Shown: positions 27,348 through 39,735 of the stretch, in pieces
How the letters are laid out: each line of letters begins with the position of its first letter
How positions within the stretch are numbered: position 1 is the stretch's first letter
DNA from: Octopus sinensis
Taxonomy: Eukaryota
DNA length: 64,000 bases
NCBI RefSeq assembly: GCF_006345805.1
Contig: NC_043015.1
Location: 32,798,001-32,862,000 of the forward strand
Reading direction: 5' to 3'
Notes under the pieces: generated by a model
What the model saw: only the letters and a program-made list of their open reading frames with translations
Told to the model about the DNA's origin: nothing
Database searches by the model: none
Position numbers and translations under genes: made by a program

Positions 27348-27545
27348 GTTAATTCAAACATGAAAGCACAAAGAGAAAACACAACAACGCGAGGATGTGG
27401 AACAAATATAGTATTATTGGACGCTCAGGAAGGAAGGGAAGAAGGAGGGTTTTACGTTTTGAGCGGAGCTCTTCGTCAGAAACATAGGAAAAGGAAAGAT
27501 CCAGAGAAGGGAAGACGGAGGAAAACAAATCGCCAACGGTACACA
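27348..27545 (-). mobile_element. Hammerhead-carrying ~200 bp repeat
   Basis: Aligns by eye with 56139-56320 (opposite strand) and 52014-52132, e.g. ACAACAACGCGAGGA.GTGG and GAAGGGAAGACGGAGGAA..AAATCGCC.ACG. Lies in (TA)n. Confidence 0.6.
27449..27483 (-). ncRNA. Minimal hammerhead ribozyme motif, G12A variant (probably inactive)
   Basis: Reverse complement reads GTTT-CTGACGA-A-GAGC(TCC)GCTC-AAAA-CG-T-A-AAAC. Confidence 0.6.
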
Positions 27546-28578
27546 ATATGTAATATATATATATTATATATATAATGTATATAATGTATATATATATATA
27601 TGAGTGTATATATATGCATGCATGTGTGTATATATATATGTATATAAATATATATATATATATACACACACGCACACACATAGATACAGACACACACACA
27701 CACACATATATATATATTCACAAGCAGCTACATTTAATGCGTGTATATGCAGATAATCATTTATGATGACCTGATGAAGTTTGGAAGCTGAATTAGAAAT
27801 CTCATTTACAGAGGCAATTCTTAGATCCGTTCTTACCAAATACATTAAGGATCCCCAAGGATTGTACACACAAGGTTGGTCAGTGTGCCCACGTTCTTAA
27901 GGAACATGCACACACACACACACACACAGTGGGAAACCATATTGTCAGACTAATTCTAATTTAATGAGCGTGTATGGTGGGACATCATTCGTCATCTAAT
28001 ATAAATTATGTTTAACTACCAAGATTTGCTATTGTTTCATGACAAAATTTCAAAGTAGGCCTATATTTTCACAATCTTCAAAATATATGCGTGTGTTTTA
28101 CATTATATAATATATATATTATATATATAATATATATATATATATATGTTATGTATGTATGTATACACGTGTTGATATAAAACGAATATTCTCTAACGAA
28201 ATATACGTTTGTGTTTGTGTGTGTGTGGTGTTTCTGTACGAGTATCAGTGTGAGTGTGTAAATTACTATTTAATAGTCATGAGGTTAAATCTGAACGAAT
28301 ATAAAGAAGTTATGAAACGCCATTTTGGTAAATTCTCCCGCTCTCATTCACTCTCTCTCTTTCTCTCACTCATTCTCTCTCTCCTCTCTCTCGTCATTCT
28401 GTTCATTCTATATTCTCTAAAAACCATGATATTAACGAAGTCAAATATGTGGAATATAGAAATATTTAGTAAAAAATTATCAGTGATAAACGAATGAAGG
28501 ATTAAAGCTAAGAAAACTAAAACTAAAAAGAAATAAACGGGATAATAATAATAATAATAATATAATAAAATAATAATA

Positions 28579-28611
<33 letters not shown>

Positions 28612-28651
28612 CAACACCATAACAATAATGTATATTATATATATATATGTG

Positions 28652-28709
<58 letters not shown>

Positions 28710-29096
28710 GTATATATACGTATATATATATATGTATATATGTATATATATATATATATATATATGAAGGATGCGTATATAGGCGTTTAGTGATGTATAG
28801 TGGTGCTTAATGGCGCAGAGAAGACATGTGAAACGGTAAAAAGTGATATGTAAAATCATTACCTTCATGAAATGTGTGAGTGCGTGTGTGTGTATACATA
28901 TATGTACAAATAGATATAAACATACACATGCAAACATACACAGAATCATTACATACATAAATGCACACACGTACATAATGCATACGTTTATGTGTGTATA
29001 CGTTTATATATATATATACTTTTATATATATGTGCATATATATGTCTATATGTATATATTTGTATATTTACACACTTTACACACATATTTACACAC

Positions 29097-29139
<43 letters not shown>

Positions 29140-30229
29140 GATATATATCTATATATATATATATATATTACATATATATGTACACGCTTCTGTAACCTGT
29201 CTATACTAAAGAGAAGATTTGTCGTCTCTCACCCACTCCCTTCCCACCCAATCACAGAGCCCCTTCTATTCCATTTCCCATTAAACCACTTTCTAACTCA
29301 GAGACTACAAACTCATTTGTTGGTCTATTTGATGGTGGCATTACGATATTGCCCGGATGTAGCGAATTGGCATTACGATATTGCCCGGATGTTACGTTAC
29401 TGTTTTTTCCTTCTTTCTTTATTATATTATATTACATTATTTTCATTTTAATTTTGTCTTCTTAGACTTGCGTTTTGATCTGAAAGACTTTTGTTTTGTT
29501 TTTTTTTCTCCTGTTGTGAATGTCAATGAATTAAAAATTCCTGATAACTTCAGAATGGCGTTGCTGACTCATTTTTCTATTTGTTGTTTGATTTTGTTGC
29601 CTTTGTTTTTGCAATTAAAAATTGAAGATAGTTTTCAAAATTGAAGATAGACCACCAAGGTGAACATAGTGACTATGAAATGTTGCTGTAAGTAGCGGCA
29701 GCACTGTACAATTAACATGTGTTTTATTATCTTCATTATCCTACAGAAAGTTTCACAGAAATTGTTGATCATGTGACTGATACATATTGAAATACATAAT
29801 AGAAGAAACAGTGAAATCCAATAGAAGCACTGAATGTTGCATAATGTTGTTAGTATCGTATCTAAATACACACGCACATGCACGTGCACACACACACTTA
29901 GACTGTCTGTAGCATGTTGTTGAATGTATACACCCTAAAGACTTTGGATTATTAGGGAAAAACACACACATACACTCATATTGTCATATGCATTTATATA
30001 TCAATTTATCACTCCTTCCATTTTCTATTTCTTTAATTTCATTACTACATACACACGTATGTAGAATATTATATGAATATAGAAATTAATGACTAAAAAT
30101 AATATGAAGTACAAAATAAAAAATATATAATTTTTCTGCATCGCATGCTTACAATACAACGCAAAGTCATAATTAATAGACTGGATTAGGATGCATAAGC
30201 AACAAATCAAAGTTGCATCTGTTGAAATG

Positions 30230-30830
30230 TTCTCTGTAAAGAATATCTAGACATCTGTGCGAATGTAAATGTCAAAATATTCCATTTTTCGAAATAGGGG
30301 AACAAAATGAACAGTTACGAAATAATATTCTATAAGAATTCTGAATCCTAAACTAATCCGGAAATAGTTAAAATCGCAATTAAAAGTCTTAAATTTTATA
30401 TGGATTACCTTATAACTCGTGCGTTATTCGGATTACCTATAAATCGTGCTACAGACAGTGAAAGTGCTTCCATAAAAACTTCTTTTTTGCGTTAAACTGT
30501 TTTTTAAAACAAAATTTATACCCAAAACAATTCTCTTCCTTGAAGCATCAAAACCATTTCTGTGCATTTCCTTTAGTCATAGCATCTTTCGCAGTAATTT
30601 CGAACGGCTATGACAGTACTGAAACCTTGACCGAAAGCGATGAGAAACAGTTGTCGAAAATGGTAATTTTTGTTCCACTTGGCACTCCATTCTCATAGGC
30701 TTGAAGAGAGGTAAAAATTATTCAAATTTCCCAAACGATAAACAAAAATTGTAAAGGAAGAACAGAGCTACCAAAACCAAAGCATAAAATACTTCGATAA
30801 AGCTATTTTTCGTATTACTTCATATAATAT
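30230..30830 (-). mobile_element. Decayed mariner transposase 5' portion
   Basis: ATG at 30690. With frameshifts it reads MECQVE..NYHFRQLFLIAFGQG..KDAMTKGNAQKWF, like the mariner N-terminal HTH, and an EKW-like remnant lies downstream. Confidence 0.6.
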
Positions 30831-30892
30831 TGGAAAAAACGAAATAATTTATCTGACAAGTCAATATATAGGTTCGTGTCTGTTTGTGTGTT

Positions 30893-30937
<45 letters not shown>

Positions 30938-31442
30938 CGTGTGTGTGTATTTAGCACATGTACACGCCTTCACACAATCATACATATATACAGTATACAG
31001 TATGATATATCCATTACGGCGCGATATTAATAATCGGTTCTGCACAAGGGGTTCGACTGGATGTTAGATATCAATTCGATTACGTAACTCTGCACACTTG
31101 AAAGATGGCAGTTATGGAAGAAAATATGGCGACTGATTCGATTAATATCGATTAACAGGTGCATGCATGCACGCAAACACACGTGTGTGTGTACAGGTTG
31201 TCCCAAAAGTAACGAAGGTGTTAAAAGTTCATTCATGTCCTTTTTAAATTTACAATACGTTAGCTGTATACACAGCGAAATATATTATATATATATATAT
31301 ATATGAAATATCTGTACTTTACTTGTAAAAAAATCACATTTCGTAACTTTAAAAATTATAATTAAAGCAAATATATTAAAATGTCAAACTCTATTGTGAC
31401 TATTGGCCCACCCTATATATATATATATAATCATATATATAT

Positions 31443-31499
<57 letters not shown>

Positions 31500-31614
31500 C
31501 ATAATACTACATACATACATGCATACATACATACATACATACATGTTGGTGTGTGTGCGTGTGCGTATGTGTGGTGTGTTTGTGTATGTGTGTGTGTGTG
31601 AGAGGAGAGAGAAG

Positions 31615-31665
<51 letters not shown>

Positions 31666-32386
31666 AGGGAAGAAAGAAATATTTAATTTGTTCAGTAAAT
31701 AAAGGACATGGCAATAAAGAGAATTGTTAGTAGCAAGTGAAAAACAAAAACAATATTTATAATCCGGTTTGAAAGGATATCACAGTCTAATGTTTGTGTC
31801 GACAGCCAACCAGTGGAGCGGTCATTGGGATATTGTCAGAAAATCAGTGAATTGTATTTCAGTGAACACAATAAAGACATCCTGTGAAGAGGTGACAGGC
31901 TTCTTGTTCATTCGCATGAAAAATGTTTATAAAAAGCTTCATCTAATGAAACTCTACAATTATGCTAGTGTTTATCTTTAATGAAGATTAAAAAGTTCAA
32001 CAGAAATAATTAAGGAGTAAAAAAAAGAAAGCAACAAATAAAAATATTAGGCAATGATTGACATTTCAGTTACTTCGTTATGAAGGGAAGACAACTGTAG
32101 ATGTTTATGTATTATTCTGACCTCAGTAGCAAAACGTAGACTATGCGTATTTTGGCCGAGTAGTTATGAGAAAAGTATTGAATCTCTTAAGGCTGGAAAA
32201 GAGAAGAGTTCGCAGAAGAAATCATTTAGACAAGCTATTAACATTCAAAACAATAATTGAGCCAGGATTGACCTTTTACATTCGCAAAACAGTATAAAGG
32301 AAATTGAAATTATTCTCGTAGGGTGGAAAATGCAATATTAGGTAATTATGAATTTTTAAAAATCATTTCGGCAAACACAGGAGAAG

Positions 32387-32426
32387 TCTCAGACGTTTCG
32401 CTCTTATTATGAACTCATCCGCGAAA
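32387..32426 (-). ncRNA. Degenerate minimal hammerhead-like motif of a different family
   Basis: Reverse complement reads TTTCG-CGGATGA-GTTC(ATAATAA)GAGC-GAAA-CG-T-C-TGAGA. U4 is changed to G and the stems contain G-U pairs. Confidence 0.35.
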
Positions 32427-33052
32427 AATACATCCCACCGCCATGCTCATTTCAATATTGAGTGAATTTGTGAAATTGATGACATTTTATCATTTTTTGA
32501 GCAACCAGTTAAAACACTGGTATTTCAGAAACAGCAAAAAGCCAGAATAAACAAGAGAGAGACGTATTATATGCTTTACGGTATTTGACCTTTTTTTTAT
32601 TTTCTAAATTATAATTTCAACATAGCGAACTTTACCTTTCTTCCTTCCAAGGTCGGTAAAATAAATACCAGTCGTATCCTGGATCGATCTCATGAAACAT
32701 ATCCCCCCCCCTCCAATCGTTTAGTCTCTATGCTGGAAGTGATTGATAAAGACGAGCTTTTGGCATAGTTTTAAGCGAACAGGGTTGTTATTCTATTTTG
32801 TCCCAGTGCAAAATTTCAGTATTATATTGATTAACGGAATTGCTTCAAGGATTTATAATTCTATCAATTTCTTTTATTCATCTAAGATTATATTTCTGCC
32901 GAGGACCAAATTTCTTGAACTCCCTTATTATTTAAAAACTAACATATATATCGATTTTGCGACAAGGAGACCATTCCGAAACGTTTGGATTCACCTTTCA
33001 TCACAACTCATTGTATGATCGATTTTGTTAACTTTATTGAATGCCTTATATA

Positions 33053-33290
33053 TACAAGGTGGTATCAAAACGTTTGAGGGATGACTTTGGGCGAAACCGA
33101 TTGGGTCTATAGAGCGCGAAGAATTGGATTCTTCCCAGTGCTCTCCTCACTCGTGGGTTACTCGCCAAAAACAACATGGTATCTTTTCCACACACGTTTT
33201 ATTCGCCAAATTTAGCAACTGCGGGATTCCATCTCTTCCCCAAGATGAAAAAGCAGCTCAAAGGTTGCCGTTTTAAGGCAACACAGACTT
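33053..33290 (+). mobile_element. Mariner remnant (TIR-like start plus catalytic C-terminal fragment)
   Basis: TACAAGGTGGTATCAAAACG start. 33163-33280 translates to LAKNNMVSFPHTFYSPNLATAGFHLFPKMKKQLKGCRF, matching the mariner HPPYSPDLAPxDFxLFPKLK motif. Confidence 0.75.
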
Positions 33291-33309
33291 AATAAAAGAC
33301 TTTTTTTTT

Positions 33310-33493
33310 TTTCAGTCATTTTGACTGCAGCCATGCTGGAGCACCGCCTTTAATCGAGCAACTTATTCTTTGTAAGCCCAGTACTTATTCTATCGGTCTC
33401 TTTTGCCGAACCACTAGGTGACGGGGACATAAACACACCAGCATCGGTTGTCAAGCAATGCTAGGGGGACAAACACAGACACACAAACATACA

Positions 33494-33547
<54 letters not shown>

Positions 33548-33718
33548 CATATATACGACGGGCTTCTTTCAGTTTCCGTCTACCAAATCCACTCACAAGG
33601 CTTTGGTCGGCCCGAGGCTATAGTAGAAGTCACTTGCCCAAGATGCCACGCAGTGGGACTGAACCCGGAACCATGTGGTTGGTAAACAAGCTACTTACCA
33701 CACAGCCACTCCTGCGCC
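33310..33718 (-). mobile_element. SINE family B, full length
   Basis: Reverse complement of head GGCGCAGGAGTGGCTGTGTGG, CORE-like block, microsatellite and 3' module. Confidence 0.85.
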
Positions 33719-34678
33719 TATATGAATAAATATACGACACATATAGTTATGTGGGGGTTGTGTGTGCGTGTGTTTCAACATATAGACTACGCAACACAGT
33801 CTTTAAAAAATGACTTTTACTTTGAGCAATGTATGGAGGTACGTGCATGATTGACAAATATTTGTACCGGTAGCACAGCGATGGATGACAACCGAGTAAG
33901 TATTTAATATTCCCCTACATTTACATCCTCTCTCGCTTCCGTAAATGGTAGTCCGCAACATAACATATGCTGTCCATTCAACATTGTTCAGCCAGCCTGT
34001 ACGAGTTGGCCTCTGTCCATACTAAGATCAGCAACGTCAAAAACTGGAACGACATTAACCTGTGAAATTTTGATTTGTAAACTCTCTCACGTTTTATTCT
34101 TGTGATTTCTGTGAGAACGCCCAGCGATAGTATATTTGCTCTCCAAAGCATATCGAAGCGCAATTTTCTCAACATAAAAGTCTATCAAGTGAGAAAATTT
34201 GTACTCTTAAAATTTTATCATACAAGTTTTATTACAAACCTATATTACTTTCTTATATTGCCACAGAAAATAGATTTATAGAGGATTAAATCGGCAGTAT
34301 TATATGACCATTGCAAATTTTATTCAATCAGATAGGAAGGATGTGAAACAAAGAGATCACAGCTTGTTTTCAACTCACGAACAAAACGAAAATATGCAGC
34401 GTCGCTTCATCTGTTTCATTGACAACATGGCTGTAACCACACCATCGATAACGTAGATGGCGATAAGGTTTCAAGTACAACGGTGATATACTGTAACCTT
34501 TATACGCCTTGCAAAGTATTTAGTGATATTTGGAATGATTATTCGTTGAACGGAGGAGGAAGGACTGGAAAAACCTGGAAAGACAAACAGACAGAAATAG
34601 ATCAAGTGACAACGCTTGTATGGAAGAAAGCTAAACAACAGAAATGGATAGAGTTTCATATGTGTATATGCATAATTC

Positions 34679-34890
34679 GGCGAGCACGTAGAATTGTTAG
34701 CAAACCGGACAAAATGCTTCGCAGCATTTCGTCCACTTTTACGTTCTGAGTTCAAAATTCTGCAAGGGGTTGACTTTGATTTTCATGCTTTTGTGCTTAA
34801 TAAAATGAGTACCAGTTGAGCACTGGGGTCGAGTTAATCGATTTAACTCCTCCCCTAAAACTGCTGGCCTTGTGCCAAAGTTTGAAACCA
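34679..34890 (+). mobile_element. SINE family A
   Basis: Head to tail present: GGCGAGCACGTAGAATTG...TTACGTTCTGAGTTCAAA...GTACCAGTTGAGCACTGGGGTCGA...CTTGTGCCAAAGTTTGAAACC. Confidence 0.75.
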
Positions 34891-34895
34891 ATATG

Positions 34896-34968
<73 letters not shown>

Positions 34969-35403
34969 GAGCGAAGGGGGAGAGACTGACATACAACTAG
35001 AAATAACCTACTGAAGCAGGGGGGGGCGCAAGCAGGATAGAGAAAGAGAGAAACGAAGAGAAGACAAGATGTCCCAAAGGTTGTTTTTAAATTATAAACC
35101 GGCATAGAGTAGGAAATGTGTAATTAGATAGATAGAGACATAGAGAGAGAGTTTAAAGGAGAGGAAGGGAGAGAGTGAAGGAGCATGGAACAAGGATAGA
35201 AAAATGGGGAGAGAGTGAGAGCAAGAGAGAGAGAGAGAGTGAGAGAGAGGGTGATATGGAGGGCGGAGGGTGTGAAAGGTTAGTGTTATGTTATAAACAA
35301 GCATTCAGCAGGAAATGTGTAATCAACTCGCAAAGTGGTTTCCATTGTAGTGAAGTCAACAGCGTGAAATATAGCAGTTGTTATACAGTGTTGTCATAAC
35401 GCT

Positions 35404-35476
<73 letters not shown>

Positions 35477-35497
35477 GGTGGTGGTGGTGGTGGTGGT

Positions 35498-35656
35498 GTA
35501 GCGAATTGAGGTTATATAATGTGTGTATATATACATATGTACGTACATATATATATACATATAAAATGATACACACACACACACACATATATGTTATATA
35601 TATATATATAATATATATATATATACATATATACATATATATACATATATATACAT

Positions 35657-35687
<31 letters not shown>

Positions 35688-35688
35688 C

Positions 35689-35722
<34 letters not shown>

Positions 35723-36253
35723 GTGTATATGTATATATTTATATATGTATATATAATAATAAAATATGTGTATATGTAATAGATGCGACTAGAGACGATG
35801 ATGCTGTGACGGCGCTGATAGCAGTGGTTAGTGGCTGGTGATGGTAATGTAGTGGTGATGTATTGTTATTGTTGTTGTGGTTGTTGTAGCGGTGGTATGG
35901 AGAATGTTCGTGTGGCTGTGAGACTGATAATAGCTTTAGCTATATTCTGATGATGTGATGATGATGACGATGATGATGGTGATAGTGTGTGGTGGTGGTG
36001 GTGGTGTTGGCGGTGATGACAGCGCTGGTGGTGGTGATGGTAGTGGTGGTGGTTGTGGTGGTGACAGCTGTGGTTGTGGTGGTGGTGGTGGGGTGGTGGT
36101 GGTGGTGGTGGTGTAGCGAATTGAGGTTATATAATGTGTGTATATATACATATGTACGTACATATATATATACATATAAAATGATACACACACACACATA
36201 TATGTTATATATATATATATATATACATATATACATATATAACATATATATAC

Positions 36254-36305
<52 letters not shown>

Positions 36306-36710
36306 TATATACATATAATATATATATATATATGTGTATATGTATATATTTATATATGTATATATAATAATAAAATATGTGTATATGTAATAGATGCGAC
36401 TAGAGACGATGATGGCTGTGACGGCGCTGATAGCAGTGGTTAGTGGCTGGTGATGGTAATGGTAGTGGTGATGTATTGTTATTGTTGTTGTGGTTGTTGT
36501 AGCGGTGGTATGGAGAATGTTCGTGTGGCTGTGAGACTGATAATAGCTTTAGCTATATTCTGATGATGTGATGATGATGACGATGATGATGGTGATAGTG
36601 GTGGTGGTGGTGGTGGTGGTGTTGGCGGTGATGACAGCGCTGGTGGTGGTGATGGTAGTGGTGGTGGTTGTGGTGGTGACAGCTGTGGTTGTGGTGGTGG
36701 TGGTGGTGGT
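35498..36710. repeat. Direct tandem duplication of a ~615 bp low-complexity unit
   Basis: GTAGCGAATTGAGGTTATATAATG occurs at 35498 and 36113, and AATAGATGCGACTAGAGACGATGATG and GGAGAATGTTCGTGTGGCTGTGAGACTG are each duplicated. Confidence 0.9.
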
Positions 36711-37328
36711 GGTGCTGGTGATGGTGGTGGCAGCAATGATGACGATGTCGATAGTAATGATGATGTGGATGAAGAGGAGGATGACGGCAACGACGATGAT
36801 GATGGCGATGATGACGATGGGGAAGAGGAGGAGGAGGACGACGACGACGACGATGATGATGATGATGATCATGATGATGATCATGATGGTGATTGCACGT
36901 TTGTATGATGGCAATGAAAATTTGTTAATTCATTGAAGGTGATGGCCATGGTGGTGTTAGTGGTGATGATTTGAGCGGAACAATGGCGGTGGTGGTTTGT
37001 AATAGCTGCAGTATAATGGTGACGGTGGTTGGAAATATTGAAATGAATAAATAAATAAATAAATAAACAAATAAATAAATGCAGTTTCACGGTACTGTAG
37101 ATACCGGGGAGTGGGAGGCACCTCAGGAAGGAGGTGTGACGACGAGGGAGGTGTTGTCTCACCAAGACGGCGCCATACCACAATACTGAAGGAATGGCTG
37201 CTATGTAAGAATGAAAGCAATAAAACATATCAACAACAGCAACAGAAACAGAAACAACATCAACAACGACAACAACAACAACAACAACAATAATAATAAT
37301 AATAATAATAATAATGATAATAATAATG

Positions 37329-37361
<33 letters not shown>

Positions 37362-37381
37362 TAATAATAATGATGATGATT

Positions 37382-37419
<38 letters not shown>

Positions 37420-37426
37420 AGTAATA

Positions 37427-37478
<52 letters not shown>

Positions 37479-37510
37479 CATCAACAACAACAACAATAAT
37501 AATAATAATT

Positions 37511-38915
37511 CTTGCTTTATTGGCCACAAGGGCCGAACACAAAAATATATAGGGTCAATACAAAACAAGAGACAAGTGGGTTTTAAAACAAAAACACGTG
37601 TGAACAATACAAACAAAAAAAAACAAACAATTAACAAAAAAATTAAACAACAAAATACTCCCAATAGGACAGAGTTCCACCCAGGGCCAACCAGGGCACC
37701 CCACACATCCTTCTCAGCCCGACTGGTAGGTTTCCCTCTTCCCCTCAACTGGTTCGGTTGACAGACGAATATTCAGAGTAGGCCCATTCATACGAGCCAT
37801 TTTCGTAACATTCACCCACCTTTTAACAAATTTACTGGGTTGCAGTAAATTGCTCTCTCTATCCTCACTTTCCTTCTCAAGGAGAACTTGAAAAAGTCGA
37901 TGAGGGCTCGACCGAAGAGGAAAGTGTCTGTTATCAGTCTTTTCAACCTCGTCTACCCCACAACTTCTTTTGCTATAGCCACCAGGTAGAGGAAGGCTGC
38001 CTTTCCTTCCAGGCGAAAAGAATGGGTCGGAGCGATCTTCACGATGGACTCGTCTGATAACCGGATCCATCCTATATGTGATAACAGCTGTTCGACAAAG
38101 CTCCACATGTCTGTTATGCACGGACACTGGACAAGTGCATGCAGAACGGTTTCGTCGCCCTGCACACACTACGGACAGGTCCATCTAACAGCATTCCCGT
38201 GTCTGTAGAGCTTGTTTCGAACTGTCAGAGCTCCCCGGTAGCGTTACCAGGCCAGAGATTTCTGGAAGTTATTCGTAGGCCCCGGCCCGAAACCCCTTCG
38301 GAAAAGACCAGTTAATTGAACCCTCCCGACGCCCAGAAGTTTCCCGAGGACGTTGTCACTCTTTCCCTCCATTAATCCTCTATAGAACTCCTCTATAGAA
38401 CTCCATAGTGGAACTTCCACCGACCGCGTTGTACGACTTGCAGAAAGCTGTGAGCGCCCTTTCTTGCTCTACACTTGATCTAGGACTGTAGCTCCGTCAA
38501 TGTGACGAGCTGCAGAAAGTCCTACTTGACAAACAGCGCCCCACCTGTTCATCGTTAAGGAAGTGCTGGAGATGTTGCAGCCCGAGTTCGTGTCTCCGCA
38601 TCATTAGCTACGGCGCGCCCAGTCTTCCACTCAACAGCTGGGGACAACAGATGAACCGTCTGACGAGCGGAACACGTCCCTTCCACAGAGGGTGGAAGAG
38701 CAAGCGCTCCAGGTTGGTCAGCCATAAAACAGGGCAAGAGACGACTGTCAGGCAGTAGTAGATGACGGAAGCGTTGTACGCATTCACTACCTCCGCCCGA
38801 CCTTTCAGGGACGGCTTCCTCTCTCCCCATTACTGGGTGAGTTTGGCTGCCCTGCACGTCACTTCCCCCCAGTTCTTCTCCACCTGGAGATCCGGACCAA
38901 ACCAGACTCCGAGCA
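37511..38915 (-). mobile_element. L1/Tx1-like LINE 3' fragment (post-RT region and CCHC zinc knuckle)
   Basis: Remnants GRAEVVNAY..SVIYYCLTV..LWKGRVPLVRR, TVRNKL..CP.C.QGDETVLHALVQC and LVAIAKEVV. The 3' UTR ends before an (ATT)n tract. Confidence 0.8.
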
Positions 38916-38929
38916 AATTAACCGGTAAT

Positions 38930-39150
38930 AATAATAATCTTTTCTACTGGAGGCACAAGGCCTCAGATTTGCGGTGAGGGCACTATCCAATTTCATGGAC
39001 CCCATTGTTTCACTGGTAGTTAATTTATCGACCCCGAAAGGATGAAAAGCAAAGTCGACCTCGTCGGAATTTGAACTCAGTGCGCAGCGACGGGCGAAAT
39101 ACCACAAGCATTTCGTCCAGCGTGCAAACGTTTCTGTCAGCTTGCCACCC
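38930..39150 (-). mobile_element. SINE family A
   Basis: Reverse complement of the family A consensus blocks. Confidence 0.8.
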
Positions 39151-39156
39151 TATCGG

Positions 39157-39217
<61 letters not shown>

Positions 39218-39249
39218 CATAATGACAACAACAACAACAATAATAAATA

Positions 39250-39735
39250 CCCTGATGCAGTGCCAGGCAGTGGCTCTCATGACTTATCTTAACTGAATGG
39301 AAGTGTTATCATGTACATTGTTTTCTCTTGCTATAAAAAGATGGGCTACAGCAAATATTCTGCTCAATACCAGTTGAGCATGTCCCTTAGTGGCTGACGA
39401 TATGTGCATCTCTGATCATGAGCATCATTCTTTGGGGTTTTAATTATTCACCTCTGGAAACAAGGGTGTTTCATTCAACATTCTTATACAAACCTTATTC
39501 AGGAACCTTTTGAGCGGGATGGGCTACTCGACCGGAGGAAAATTTTTACTGGGCCCCACCTGCAAGGTCATGCATTGTTTATCATGATGTAAGATCACCA
39601 TGTCACAGACATATGGGTGGATGCATGTGCCTGGTGTATACTTATCAAACGGGTAATCAGGATGGATATATATTGGGCTTCATATATTTGTACCCCAGTG
39701 TCACCTTGTTGGTATGCGCTGCTCTCCTACTCAAT
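39250..39735. repeat. Unclassified ~490 bp interspersed-repeat-like segment between (AAT)n tracts
   Basis: A more GC-rich block with sharp borders at AAT/AAC repeats and no ORF. Its repetitive nature is inferred; no second copy occurs in the window. Confidence 0.3.

Noticed and set aside
29337-29392. Direct repeat as a CRISPR array
   Set aside because: Only two units, an 8-nt spacer, and a eukaryotic context.
29627-29800. Possible short intron GTAAGT...CCTACAG at about 29688-29746
   Set aside because: Only about 59 nt, with weak upstream acceptors and flanking frames that close quickly.
31193-31414. Degenerate Tc1/mariner-like TIR pair (about 16/22 match)
   Set aside because: Too diverged to call without a consensus.
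31730-32330. Possible very old mariner-like coding remnant
   Set aside because: No diagnostic motif could be recovered with confidence.
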